A DNA stretch of 64,000 bases, taken from contig MU053561.1 of the NCBI GenBank assembly GCA_013239625.1, forward strand, positions 5,444,439-5,508,438. Direction: 5' to 3'. The stretch is from Lama guanicoe. Taxonomy: Eukaryota. The notes below the pieces were generated by a model that saw nothing but the letters and a program-made list of their open reading frames with translations, did no database searches and was not told the DNA's origin. The position numbers and the translations under genes were made by a program. This document shows, one piece after another, positions 39,111 to 52,789 of the stretch. The first letter of the stretch is position 1, and each line of letters starts with the position of its first letter.

Positions 39111-40999
39111 TTCTTTAGAGGATGATTCCTACTTAAAATATCAAAATATAATACAAAGATATGAGAAATTTTACTTTCACATAAAATATGAGAAATCCTC
39201 TTTAAACTATGTTGTTCAGAACCACCCCCACACTTTTTCTTTTTTACACTTTATTCTTTTGACTCTCTAGTTACTATAGTGCAAAATCTTGACATTATAA
39301 TTATTAAATAAATAGACTTCCCACAAAAATTTGAATAGAAAAGATACTAGATATCACCTTAAGCTTTCTGTCCATTAAAGGGACTCTCCTCTGCAGTATC
39401 ACTGCCAAAGAATAATCTAACTTCTGCTTGCTCCTTTCCAGTAATGAGACACTTATTACTTCTCTAGACCATACCATTTCATTTTCATTTCATTCAGAAT
39501 CACCTATATTTTTCATATTCCTGTTTAAACAACCAAACGAAGCAAATATGTAAGAGAATGAGAATCAGACTCAGTAATTCAACATTGGTACCTAAAGATT
39601 ATTCATTTTCTTTTCCCTTTCCACCGATGAATATCTTCCTTATGACAAATATTAGAAATATAACTATAAGCAAAGCACAGCTTCTGACCTTAAAGTCATA
39701 GAAAAGTAGCATATATATAATTAAATATGCATATTATGAACATATGAATTACATAGAGAGAAAATTACTGTACAATGAAAATGCTACTCAAGATCTATTT
39801 TAAGGAATTCTAGTGCATACAGTTGGTAATAACTGGGATAATTGCAAATTATAGGAGTTAACCAAGCTGAAGATTGAAAAAGACATTTACAGTATTGAGA
39901 AAATTAAAATTTAGCACTGTTTTCTTGAATCTGGTTCAATCAATTAAGCTCTAATTATATTGTTTTACACAGATAATATGTATTCATGTCAGGCAATATA
40001 ACACACTTTACAAGAGATCTAAGGAGCCCCAGGCAGTATATCACATATCTTGAAGGGTAATTTGGCCTAGATAAAAATTAATTTTAAAAGAAAGCGTCCA
40101 GCTTGTAAATTTATTTGCTCATTAAGGTCAGGTTTTTTTAGTAATCAGTACTATCCCAAGACTGAGCAAAAAATTTACAAAACTATAAACACAAACACTT
40201 AAACATCTTGAAATTTTAAACAATTAAAAATTGGTTCAATATGATGGAAAAAATAGTCAAAATTCTCTAATAAAATGCAATCATGATAATACTAAGAAAT
40301 GAGCAAATTGATAAATAGATAAGATAAACAAAATGCTTTCAGTATACAGAAGAAACTGATTATCAGAGATTTGCTCCTGTGATATTCTAAGAGACTTTAC
40401 AGATCCTTACTTGGGGCTGAAGAGTAACTTGCTTACTAATCTATACTCAGTGCTGACAGTCACATTTAACAAATGCATGCAGGACTTCACAGGTAGTGAG
40501 TTATCACAAGCATTTATCCAACCATCCATCAATTGGCACAATCAATTTCTAAATCAAACCTAACACTCAAAACCATCCAACCTTTCTGGAACAGAGACTC
40601 AAGACACTACTGTTCATACTGACCAGAAACTCTACCCTTGGAAAAGACAAATTTCAGCAAATTTTAAATTGAAGTAGTGATCAACTAAAGTATAATATCT
40701 ACCTGAAAATATGTTTACTCTTCAATATTAAAGTTGAAATACTTGAAAATCATAAAAAGCATTAACAGCAGCAAACAAGTAGCAAGTTAAAGCACAATTT
40801 CTTTATTAGACTAAAAGGCTAACATAAGTATCAGGTAAAGGTAAACAAATAAAATACAAAGTTGACAAAAAGATTTTAACCACTAAATCATGAGTCAGGT
40901 TCATCTAGCACATTCAAGAAAACCCAGGCATGTTGTAGGACAGCACGACTACCTGCCAAAGACAGACTTCTATAATTAATACAGCAGTTGGCTGAGCTC

Positions 41000-41165
41000 T
41001 CTGCTGTTTTTATTTCCTACAATGCATCATTATAGATACTTCATTGTAAGTATTTGTTTATACCTCTGTCTCTTATGTTAGTCTGTAAGCTCCTAGAGAT
41101 AATAGTCTTCATATCCCTAATAACAAACACAAACTTTGGCCCTAATGATTATTGAGTTTGTTAAA
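41000..41165 (+). mobile_element. L2 3' terminus (degraded)
   Basis: tatttgtttatacctctgtctc...tagtctgtaagctcctagag...cttcatatccctaa. Confidence 0.6.
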
Positions 41166-42139
41166 TTAACAATGCTGCATAAAAAGGACAGTCTTAATCA
41201 GGTTTATTTCCTACTATGTATATCTCACCTTCACAGACTTATGAAATTAGAAGTTCAAATACACATTATAAGCTAGCATTAAAAGAAAGATAAAGGTACA
41301 GCGTCTTCAAAAACTAAATCAAACCAGAACCCCATATTCTTTGTGAAGTCTACAAGCTAAATATCTTGAAATCTTGAATTCTAAAAAAGCATGTGGGACT
41401 TGCTCTATTAAGTGTTACATTTATTTGAGAGATTGGTAAATGGGTTTTAAAAATATTTAGCTCCTCTATGATTTTCTTCGTCTGTGTATTCAGCATGGTG
41501 TTGAATCACTTAGTAGTTTTACTGGCTCCAACTGTTTCTCATCTCTAAGTAAATGGAGCATCTACCTGCAGACAATAGAGTCTAAAGTGATGCCTTGTAA
41601 GAGTTAATTCCTATGGAAACATGGAAAAATTAAAGCATTAACAAAAAACTATTAAGGTTCTTTCCTCCAACTTAAATGTCCTGTTTTTGTTTTTGTTGTT
41701 GTTTAATGTGTGGCCTTATTTTGAGGATACATTTAAGTTAGCATAGCAGAGTGGAATCAATCATTTTTAAAAATAACAAAAAGTAAGTAAACAAAATCTA
41801 GCCAGTTTAAATCATTATTAACAAAACCAATCAATTTGTATTAAGTATATAAAAGTACCCACATTGGCTCTCACTAAAGGGCCTCAGGTTGAGCAATTCA
41901 AATTCAAGAGTAAAGACCCCTAACTAAAATAGAGTTGTTTGTGGACATGTTAACTGAGTTGCCAGTGACTCAGACATAAAACAGGAACAATACTTCTGAA
42001 TCCTTCCCTTTGAAATACTCCAGTACTAGGAAATGATTTGAGTTTCTGCCAGGTTTTATATTTCAGAGAAAGAGACATCTTGATACAGCTTTTAACATGT
42101 ATGAACTATTACTAATTCAGAGATTATAATTCTATAAGC

Positions 42140-42800
42140 ATTTTCACCTTAATCAAATGATCAAACACAACCTCACCAATGAGACAAAATGACTTCTCGA
42201 TATATTCTTGCCAAAAATATTTAATACAAAACTAATTATGAGAAAACAACTAGATGAATCCAAACTGAAGAAACATCCCGCAGAACAGCTAGCCTAGAAC
42301 CTACACATGTCAACGCCTAGGAAGATCACCTTTACCCTCCAAAAACAGTCTGGGAAACTACTCCAATTTAAAGGAGATTACACCATATTATAAATACAAT
42401 GTGTGATCCTTGATGGGGGTGGATCAGCTGTAAAGGATTTTATTGGGACATTTGGAAAATTTAAAGATGGACTCTATATTACATAAAGTGTTATATTCAT
42501 AGTAAATTCTAGAGTATAATAATTACAGCAGGTTTATGCAGTAGAAGTCCTCGTTCAACGGAAAAACATGCCAAAGTTTTTAGGAGGAAAAATTATGAAA
42601 TATTTAAGAAAGAAGGGTCCCAATGTCTGCAGTTTATTCTCAAATGGTCAGGGGGAGAAAGATTTTATATACAGAGATAAAACAGATGTGGCAAAATGTA
42701 TTCAACTAATAAATTCAGATAGAATATATGAGCATTGATCTCTTCTTTAAATAGAAATTTTCAAATTTTGAAAATTTTTCACAATAAAAAGTTAGAGGGA
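42140..42800 (+). mobile_element. L1MC/L1ME 3' UTR fragment
   Basis: caccttaatcaaatgatcaaa, atattcttgccaaaaatatttaa, aatacaatgtgtgatccttga, ending gaaaatttttcacaataaaaagtt. Confidence 0.8.
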
Positions 42801-42819
42801 ATAATCAAATATAATTCTA

Positions 42820-43330
42820 CAAGTGAGAAAGACAGTAACTAAAATTAAGAACTCAACAGACTGGGTTCACAAGCAGGTTCAACAGAACAGGAGAACAAAA
42901 TCAGTGAACTGAAGAAAATTCAGAAAAAATTATCCAGACAAAGTGAAAAAAGATTAGCAAATATGGCAATGAGTGTATGAGCATATGAGACAGGGTGAAA
43001 AGGTCTAATAGATGGAAGTGCAGTTCCAAAGAAGAGAAAGAGATTGTAGCAGAAGCAATAAATGAAGGTACACCAGCCAAGAACTTCCCAGAACTGGCCT
43101 AGACATCAAGCTATAGATTCAAGAAGCAATATGGACATCAAGAAAGACAAACAATATAAAGAAAATCACACTTTTAGGCATATCATAGTTAAAAACTGCT
43201 AAAAAGAGGTGGAGGAACTCTTAAAAGCAGCTGTGCATTACCTTCAAGAGAGCAACTCAGCTTCTACTTCTCATCAGAAAGTAGAAGTCAGAAGACAATC
43301 AAATAAAATCTTTAAAGAGCTGTCTACACT
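42820..43330 (+). mobile_element. Old L1 ORF1 fragment
   Basis: aatcagtgaactgaaga, gtgaaaaggtctaata, gaacttcccagaactg (NFPEL), atagattcaagaagc (IQEA), taggcatatcatagttaaa (RHIIVK). Confidence 0.75.
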
Positions 43331-44009
43331 TATATGTTCTTTTCATTAAAAATCGTAATGGTTATTTTTATTTGCAATATATCACATGAGTTTCCCTCTA
43401 TTTTTGTTCAGTTCATCTGGGTTACATATGCCTTGTGCTTACTAATGTTGTTAATTCCAGTTAAAATTTTGATATAAAATGGAAATTACATTAGAAACTC
43501 TAGATTTCTATTAACATATATTTACTTTCATTCATTTCTTTGTGTACAACTTCTTACTTCCCTTTAATGCTTAGAGATCAAGGGTTATCTTCCACATTTC
43601 CTAGAGTACGCAGCACAATGTTACACGTTTCATAGATTAGTAGTGTTTGCTAAGTTATTGAAAGACACAGAATTTAAGTTAGACGAGAAGTTGACAAGGA
43701 ACCTTCCCCACATCTCAAGACTTTGGAGACCTCCTGTTTTTATCTTCTCAAGAAAGTATGAAAATTATAAGAAAACATTAGCAGGACACACAGTTTAGGA
43801 CCACGTATCATTTATGGGTATTTTTGATGTCCAAAACTCTTATCGAAAATTCACAGCACGAATTCTCTCTGGCTTAGAACTGTACTCCAGGGCATTCTTT
43901 TAGAATTTGCCATGGTCTCCACATGATCAATCTTTAAAACTCCAGATTTTTCAAAGTGGTTTTCAAATTTTCAAAGCAACAAATGCCCCTTTAAAACCAT
44001 TTGCTATTT

Positions 44010-44360
44010 CAGAATCTGAAAACTGGGGAAATCTAAATATGAACTATATAATACATAACAGTATTACATCAATGTTAAATTTCCTGAGTGGGATACATGC
44101 TGAAATATTTGAAAGTGAAATGTCTGTAAACAACTCCCAAATGATTCAGGAAGAAAAAAGTCTACCTACATCTATATAGACAGACAGACAGACAGACAGA
44201 CACACACACACACACACACTTACATATGTTAGACCACGTGCACAAATCCAGCAAAACAGTAACTGTCAGTGAACGTAGGTGAATGGTATACAGGGTTTGT
44301 TGTCCTATTCTTGCAACTGTAGTGAGGTTTGCTACTTCTCAATAAAAAGTTGGAGAAAAA
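44010..44360 (+). mobile_element. L1MC/ME 3' end fragment containing a (GACA)n(CA)n microsatellite
   Basis: aactggggaaatctaaatatgaact, gatacatgctgaaatattt; microsatellite at ~44178-44219. Confidence 0.65.
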
Positions 44361-45225
44361 GAAATAGATTCAAATCCCACACCAACCCCAACAATACTCA
44401 TTTCATGCCTTTAGATCTTTTAGATATTCTTCCAAAAATAGAGCTCTGTGGTGCTGATACTTTTATTTAGTGCACAAGAATTTATGAAAACTTCCCTAAG
44501 AAGAAAAAAAATCAGAAGTCAGTTCCCAGGGAGAGCTCTCCTATGTAAATATCAGTACCAACTTGCTTTCATATCAAAATAGCATTCATGTATGTTAAAA
44601 TATGAGGCACATTTAAATTTCCAGTAATCTTTTAAAACATAGGGAAAGTATGAGAAAAGTAGCCTAGATATTTTTGTTTCTGACAATGATAGAGCAATTC
44701 GATTCAGCAAAGGTTTCACATTTATACCCATGCTGCCAATTCACAAATACATAATCTTTTCCATATAAAGTACAAGATTCAGTTAGAGAATCAGCATATG
44801 GTTTAAAAATGGGTAGAATAATCTGAACTAAAAATGAAACTCATACATCATAACAATTAGGATAATTTTCAAAAGACTACAAGAGAGCTTTTATGTGTAT
44901 GAAAAGGAAACTGAGACCCTCAAAGGTTTAACGTTATAATCACCACCACCATCACTGACAATTTTAAAGCTTTTCTCTCCTGTCTCCTGAGTATCACAAT
45001 TAAATAGAGAATTTAGATAGTGTGATTTAGACAAATGAGATTTAGTCCCTGTCACATAGATTAAGCTCTTCTCAAATTCTAAACTAAATTTCAAATGACT
45101 GAAATCATATTAAAGGAGATGAGAGGGGAAAAAAAAGAGAACTGAGAGTTTGTCTAAATTATTTGTTACTGCTGAAAGCCAAATTATACTTTTTCTATTA
45201 AGAAATATGTAAATATTAGAAATGC

Positions 45226-45809
45226 TGTAATAGTCTGAATAATGTCTCCCCCAAAAGGTGTTCATGCCCCTAACTCCCACTCCTCCCTCAGCCTGGGAAA
45301 ATGCTACTTTACATAACAAAAGGGATTTTGCAGATATGATTAAGAGTTTGAATCTTGAGATATTGAGAGTACCCTGGATTATCCCAGTGGGACCAATTTA
45401 ATCACATGAGTCCATAAAAGCAGAGGACTTTAACTTGCTAGGTCAGAGAGAAATGAAACTGAAGAAGGAAAAGAATTTCAAAGTCTGAGAGCAATTCAAC
45501 CTATTGTTGCTGGCTTTGAAGGAATGTGGGCAATCTCTAGAAGCTGGAAATAGCCCTCATGTGACACCTCACAAGAAAACAGGATCTCATTCCCACCACT
45601 TCAAGGAACTTAGTTCTGCCACACCTGAATAGCAAGGAAAGGGTTTTCTTCTAGAGTCTCCAGAAAGGAAGGCAGCCCTGTGACACCTTGATTTTAGTCC
45701 AGTGAGACCTGTGTTGGACTTCTGAACTACAAAGCTGAAAGATAACAGATGTGTGTTAAACCACTAAATTTATGGTAATTTGTTACAGCAGCAACTGAAA
45801 ACTAATACA
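45226..45809 (+). mobile_element. MaLR solo LTR (MLT1D/E-like) with 5-bp TSD
   Basis: TGtaatagtctgaataat...aaagggattttgcagatatgattaag...ctggattatcccagtggg...ggtaatttgttacagcagcaactgaaaactaataCA. TSD aatgc/aatac. Confidence 0.92.
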
Positions 45810-46899
45810 AATACCGAATTGGGTTTATTGCATAGCTGATTAATGGGATTCTATGGAAAATACTGGGTTTAATCTGAAAAAAAAAAAAAAGAATGAAAGA
45901 TGTGGGTTATATATATTATAAAACTGAGGAATTTGCCAAGTAACAATAACCAAGTATATGCCATCAGCTTCTAAATGAAAGAATTAAAGATGATGGTAGA
46001 AATTTGCTTCTCTTTTTCAAAAACCTAAAGCTAAAAGATATAGTCTTCTTAGTTCAAAGCTCCAGGTTTTATGAAGTGATTTAAACTGTTAACATAACTG
46101 AGTTTATTTTGTTGTGAAACTCATCCATTTGTTTCTTTCAATGTGTGCTGTTCATTATTGTAGAATAACACCTCTACCCAAACAATCAAGATACACAGAA
46201 ACAGACTTAGATGGTGAACTACAAAGGCAGACCTAAGGAGACTTATAACCTTCGGGGGATAAAGTAAGGAGAGATCTTCTAAAAAGTATCTCTGAACCCT
46301 TGTGTAGTCTTTGCTGAGATGCACACTTCTAGAAAGTAACATGCATTATTAAATAGAAAATTAATGAAGGAAGCTAGGAAAATTAAAAACAAAACAAAAA
46401 CAAGCAATCAATTAGAAAGAACACAGCCAGAAAAGGAAAGAAGAGATAAGATGCATATTACTTAAGTAGTATGGGGGTAGTGATTATACCAAACCAGGTT
46501 ATCAGTAGGTTAAGAATCCACATTCAGATTCTGACTGTATTAAACAGCATATTGAGAATGGAGCCCTTTCTTCCCGGCTTTCTGGGGCCAGGTACTTCTG
46601 GTGACACTTCCAACTTCAAAGACAATGGCTGAACATATCCATGATTCTTAGGATGATAAAGGTTTGCTACTGTTGGGTTCAAAGGTTGCATTAGGCAGTA
46701 GAGAGTGGGACATTGTGTTTTTGTGTGCGAAAGGCAGAAACAGAGACACACTAAGAAAGTTGATGAGAGGGATAAAAATTTATCTAAGAAAGCAATCTTT
46801 TCTAATTTCTCTTCACCTCCCAGATTTTTTACAGGTGGAATGTCCCAGAGCACAGTTTTTGAGCCTCATCTCTTCATCTCCACTCACTCCCTTAATTGT

Positions 46900-47150
46900 T
46901 TTAAAACATCGTCTATAAACTGGCACCTACCAAATTGTCTTCAGCCAAACCATTTACCCTGAATTCAAGGCTCACATATACAACTGCCTACTCCTCACCT
47001 TCACTTGGATATAAATAGGGATCTTATATTCAAAATACCCTGAGGTAAATTCCTGATCATCCCACTCAAAATTATTTGATTTTCTTGCCTTCATCAATGA
47101 CAGCATCATCTTTCCAGTTGCTTGGGTCAAATATCTTGATCCTTTCTTCT
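46900..47150 (+). mobile_element. L2 fragment
   Basis: ctcacatatacaactgcctactcctcaccttcacttggata...aatgacagcatcatctttccagttgcttgg. Confidence 0.75.
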
Positions 47151-47177
47151 AATTAATCTAATTAATCTCTCAGGCAT

Positions 47178-47375
47178 GTGTGGTGGAAACATGATCTTTT
47201 GAGAATCTGAGACCATGAGTTCAAATTCCAGCTCTCCTACTCACTTTATGAATGACCTAGCCTTAGATATTTAACCTCTCTGAATCTTAGTCATGAAGAC
47301 TGAATGAGATAATACAGATTACGGACCTTGTACAATGTCTAGCCTACAGGAGGAGCTGAATAAATGGGGATTATT
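47178..47375 (+). mobile_element. MIR SINE
   Basis: gagttcaaattccagctctcctactcact...tttaacctctctgaatcttag...gaatgagataataca. Confidence 0.8.
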
Positions 47376-47377
47376 CA

Positions 47378-47850
47378 CATGGCAGAGACTGATAATCTTC
47401 CAATACTCATTCTTCTCTTTTGAAAATATAACACCTACATTTTCTGATCTCACATGCAGATAGATGTGTCCATGTGACTAAGTTCTGGCCAACAGGATAT
47501 GAGCATGAAATGTTGCATGAAACTTCCAAGTCACATATTTTTTTAAAAAGCTGCTCGCCTTCCACTTGCTTTCTCCCTTGTCCCACAGACTAGAATGTGA
47601 ATGAGGTGGCAGTGATACAGATTCATGTTTGCAGACGAGAGCAACAGCTTCCTTGGGGTTTGGTGGAACAAGATAAGCAGAATGAGGTCCCTGGATGGCA
47701 GTGTGAACAGAGGTGCCCAACTCTCAGAACTGCCAACTCAACTGCCAGCCAACCCAGACTCACCCAAGCAAGGGAAATAAACCTATTTTCTGCACGCAAA
47801 ATGATAATGCCACAAGGAAATTCATTTCACTACCTAGAATCCATTTGAAT
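47378..47850 (+). mobile_element. Old MaLR LTR (MLT1J-like)
   Basis: atgtgtccatgtgactaagttctggccaacaggatatgagca, gaggtccctggatg, ggaaataaacctat. Confidence 0.75.
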
Positions 47851-48624
47851 CTTCTGACAGCATATTTTTCAAGCTAAGTTTTCCAGAATACCCTTATAAA
47901 TGTATGAATTCTCAAAAGGTATGTTACTACTGAAAAGAATCATGTGAACAGGGAAAAAAAAAAAACCCCAAAACTCAACATATATGCGATTTGTAGCAGC
48001 ACATTTAAAATGGAAAAAGTCTTTTCCCTTGAACATTATACTCTATTGCTTCATGACTATTCATTTGATAAGATTTGTTCAGAATAATAGCATACTAGAT
48101 TTTCAATTAGATATGAAATAAAACTTTCAGTGGAAAACACTAACAGAAAGCTGAGAGGAAGTAAACATGTTCTTTTGCTTTTTCATTCACCCCCTAAAAG
48201 TAAAGCGCTATAGGTCTGTCACCAAGCCGTTGATTTGTGGGACCCATATATCAGTGACCATTTTGTTTTCTTGTTTTCCCAGAAGCCAAATGATAACTTT
48301 CACTTACACCCTACCAGTGACAACACTTTAATGTTTTTCTGTGAGATGAAAAAAAGTCACTAAAAATACAATATAAGAGCTCATATTGAATGGACAAAAA
48401 CAAAGCCTTTGATTGCTGAACTTTAATAAATCTTAAAGTAATTAAAAGGCAGATTGCAATTCCTAAGTAAATGTTCTTAATTTTAAGGAAAGCAAAGGAG
48501 TCTAAACACCATGAAATCACCCAAGTCCACTGCTGCCCAGGACTCATTCATATAAATCCTTCCATACCTTGAGAGGAATGAAATAATCATGGGTGACCAA
48601 AATTACATTACTTTACATTTCCTT

Positions 48625-48830
48625 AGAATAGTGTTAATAAGTACAAACTAAGAAGCCAGACTGCCAGGATTCACACCATGGGGCCACCAGTTAATATGCT
48701 TGTATCTTAGGGCAAGTTACTTAATTTCTTGGCCAGTTTCCTGTAAATGGGGATTATTAATAGAACCTGGCTCACAGATGCTCTTATGAGGACTTAATGA
48801 TTCAATTAGAGACAGTGCTCAGAATAAGTG
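48625..48830 (+). mobile_element. MIR SINE
   Basis: agccagactgccaggattc...gggcaagttacttaatttct...ctgtaaatgggga...tatgaggacttaatga. Confidence 0.85.
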
Positions 48831-49128
48831 CTATTACTGTTGTCTTCCTAGGTCTCAAGTTTTTTCCTTCCATGTGCAGGTGTGTGTTCATTATGTATCA
48901 ATCATACATCGAAATATACTATGAAATAGACATACACCTAAAGACCTGCCAAGTCACTTGCTTTATTCTAAAGCTTCAATTCCTCACAAGGCTCATGGTT
49001 GTAACTTCTAAAGACTACTTATTCATTCCACAATTAACATCAAGCACTCACTATATAGAAGGTATGGTAGTAATTGTGATAAAAATGAAAAGATAAGTTC
49101 TTTGCCTACAAGGAGCTCATTATCAGAG

Positions 49129-49628
49129 TAGCACTGTCCCAACAGAAATACAATGTGAGCCACAAAAGTGAGCCAAATGTAGAATTTTAAACTTTCTGGT
49201 GGCTATTTAAAAAACTAAAATGAAACAGGTGAAATTATTTTAAATAATATATCTAATTTAACCCAATATATTCAAACTATATCATTTCAAAGATAATATT
49301 AAAAATTATTAATGACAAGTTTACAGTTTTTAGGTACTATGTCATCAAAATTCAGAGTGTATTTTATACTTACAGCACATCTCAATTCAGAAGCTAAACT
49401 TTTATTGGAAACACCGATCTTTGCACTTGTCTTCCCTTATTCATTCTATCAACACCCTACAGAAGCTGTGAACTATGGTGTCCAACAGAGTAGCTACTGG
49501 CCTCATGTGGCTCCTTACATCTAATTTATATTAAATATACTTTAAAATTCATTTCCTCAGTCGCAGTAGCCACATTTTAAGTGCTCAGTAGCCACTGTGG
49601 CTGGTAGCTACCGTACTGAACTCTGCAG
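49129..49628. mobile_element. hAT-Charlie DNA transposon relic (Charlie5/MER33 end plus MER3-like end) inserted into a minus-strand L2 (~49020-49900)
   Basis: tagcactgtcccaacagaaatacaatgtgagccaca...aacaggtgaaatta...cttacagcacatctcaattcaga; right end tagccacattttaagtgctcagtagccactgtggctggtagctaccgtactgaactctgcag. Degenerate 8-bp flanks tatcagag/gcctagag. Confidence 0.85.
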
Positions 49629-51399
49629 GCCTAGAGAGAAGACAAATGTGCAACAACTACATTGATCATTTCTACAGTGGAAGCACCTGCAAAGTATAGC
49701 AGGAATATTTAAGAGGCCTGCCCAAGGGAAACACACAACAGAGGAGGTGAACTATCCGCAGAAATGTAAAGGATAAGTAGGAATATGCTAGACAGACAAG
49801 TTGAGAGACAGTACTACAGGTAAAAGGAACAAAACCATGAGAAATGGCCCAGGAGCTTCAGAGGGTTTATTAGGAAAACCATAAATAGCTCCAGATTACT
49901 GAAGACATGAAACTGGCCAGGTCAGGGCATGGACCAAACCTGGCCCATTATATAACACTGCAAGATACTAGAGATGTGTTGGAGGAAATCTTTTCTCCCT
50001 AAACCTGTGGTGAAATTAAGGAAGAAAGATGTCAGTATCATAAAGGAAGAAGGAGGGGGATCAAAGAAACTCTGTCTTCAGTCCAAGAGGCTAAAAATAA
50101 ATGTTAAAATACAAAATTTATGAGTATAAACATGTAAAATAATATTTTGGCACATATTACCTCAAATAAGCTTAACTGAGCATTTTGCCATTAATACCAA
50201 AGAATTTTCAAATAGTCAATATTAAGAAATTTTGAGATCTTGTTCCTTTGGAGAGTTCTAGAAACTAGGCTTGGAAATTAGTCTGAAGGGACTTTTGACA
50301 ATGATGCTAAATAATTTCTGCATCCAACAACCTCATATAGTGGAAGCCAACCATGAAAACTTTGAGATCCAAAAGACATCTGTATTGTTTAACTGCCACT
50401 GACTTCCCGGAACATCACTTAGAACTGTTCCAGAAAGTCTTATTTGTCTAAGCAGGCTTACAATATTGAGCTATCACATATAACACAGAGGATTAAGATT
50501 TTTAACACAGAATAAGTAAAATAAAAAATTAAAATGAAAAGTTGTAAAGAAGATATTTTGAGTCCCTTGAAACATAAAATAATGAAGTTGTCACCACTAC
50601 ATATCCCAAACAATTAAATATTTTGTAAAGATCATATTCCTAATCTAAAGCAGATAAATAAGAAAACTTCTAAAGTGAACTTCAGAGTCAACTTCACTTA
50701 CACTCTCTGAAGAAACATTATTTTTTAATGAAACAGAATAGTATCCCAGTTAGTATTTTAAGTATAAGTTCTAACTGCTCCAAACTGGCCCACTCAATAG
50801 ATATTTAGTAAATCTGTTTCTATAGTAAAAGTTTTCAAGATTTTTCCACCATTTTAATTATTTCTCTCAAAACATAAAATATATTTTAAACCTTTGTTCT
50901 TCATAATCCTAAGCAACATTCACGTGAGAAAAAAAGCTAAATTCAAATCTTACGCTATTCTAAATAAAATGCTATTTCAATTCATCTTACCATTTGGATA
51001 GCAATAATTATAATTCAACAAGTCCCCAAAGATAAGGAAATCTAGCAAGCAGGTACATGTCACTTCAAGTATTAATCAAATCCAAGTTTTCTGGGATATA
51101 TTTAAAAAAGATTTCAATTTTTCCCTGTTGATTTGCATCATAAAATCAGACAGGCAGGTCTATTCAATGTTTTCGTCCCCAACAAGCAAAAAGCAAGTAA
51201 CAATCCTAGCAGAATTTTTTAGCATCAAAAAAGAAAGGAGGTAGGGGGAAGAAACTGAGCAAGGGCTGCTCTGCTCTTCCTAGAGAGTATTAGTATGAAA
51301 ATACTAATATGGAGCCTTAATATGTTAAGCTTAAGATACCACTATCTCCCTGGCTCACACCCCCAATTCTAGGTACTCAACCAATTCTTCTCAATCCCC

Positions 51400-51960
51400 T
51401 AACGTGTGTTAAAAAGAAACCCTCACCAACTACCATGTCTCTGCTTCCTCTTCATGGCAAAATCTACTGGAAAATTTGCCTCTACTTTTTATTCCTACTT
51501 CTCACTTCAATCCATTACAGATAGACTTTTGGCCCTACCACTTCATAAAACAGCTCTTCTCTAGGTCATCAGTGATACCTATTTTTTTTAAAAAGCCAAT
51601 GATCAAACCTCTCTGACCTTATTTTAAAATAAAATTCTCTCTCAGCATCCTTTGACTCAACTAATTACTTAAAACACTCGTGTCCAAATATCACAGGTTC
51701 CAGACTCACGTGCATACCCTCTCTGTAGCTTCTTCCTTAACCAGACTTCTAAAGTCCATTGTGCTTGGCTATTTCGTCTTTTCACGTTGTACTCCTTCAC
51801 AGGCGACCCCATCTAGACCCAATGCTTCAAATACCATATATGTGCTAATATCTCTCCAACTGAGATCCCTAGCCTGGATCTCCTCCCAGAGCTCCAGACC
51901 CACAGAGACAACCACTACTACACATCTCCACTACTATGTCTAACAATCACTTCAAACTTA
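51400..51960 (+). mobile_element. L2 ORF2 RT fragment
   Basis: ctctcagcatcctttgac (LSASFD), caatgcttcaataccatatatgtgcta, atctcctcccagagctccagaccc. Confidence 0.75.
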
Positions 51961-52221
51961 ATCCTTGTTAATATCATCAGGATCCATGAGATCCGAGTTT
52001 TGTTTTTAAACATCTTTTTTGAACAGCTCTATTTGTAAGGATTGATACTTTACGACTTTTAATTTTTTTAAAGGTCTTCCAAAGAACAAAGAAAAGTTTT
52101 ACTTTAAAAAAATAGAATAAAAGTCATTTTATCTTGCAATTACTATATGGGTACCACTGGATCCTTTTATAAATCTAGATATTATGGGGCCTCAGTGACC
52201 TTGTTTATCCTTTATCTTGTC

Positions 52222-52565
52222 AGGGGAGAGAGAAATGAATGGGAAGAACACAGAGTATTTTTAAGGCAGTGAAAATACTCTGTATGATACTATAATGGTT
52301 GATACGTGTCATTATACATTTGTCCAAACCCATACAACACACAACACCAAAAGTGAACCCTAATGTAAACTATGGACTTTGGGTGATAATGATGTATTAA
52401 TGTAGGTTCATCAGTTGTAACAAGTGTACAAGTGTAATAAGTGTAATATGTGGAGAATGTTGACAACAGGGGGGGCTACATATGTGTGGGAGCAGAGGGC
52501 TCTGTACTACCCCCTCAATTTTGCTATGAACATAAAATTGGTCTAACAAAAGAGTATTTTTTAAA
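52222..52565 (+). mobile_element. L1MC1/2-like 3' end
   Basis: ggcagtgaaaatactctgtatgatactataatgg...gtgaaccctaatgtaaactatggactttgggtgataatgatg...ctcaattttgctatgaac. Confidence 0.9.
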
Positions 52566-52789
52566 AACTGAGCTTGAGTTTGCTAGGTTTAAAGTCTAAT
52601 TAAGATTTCTAATAAAGATTTTTCATTATTTCTGTATACTTACTTCTACAAATTATTTCTAAGATAACTAAAAAATATAAAAATTGGAAAGTAAAGAAAG
52701 AGTGCAATGGATTAAAATGGCAAATGATGATGACTATTTTTCCTTGTTATACAGAGAGTTATTATGACCCAAAGAGAGAGTGTTCTCAA

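Noticed and set aside
51287..51310. Hairpin tattagtat-GAAA-atactaata with a GNRA-like loop
   Set aside because: A 9-bp almost all-AT stem is expected by chance in 64 kb of AT-rich DNA, and on the transcribed (minus) strand the loop is not GNRA.
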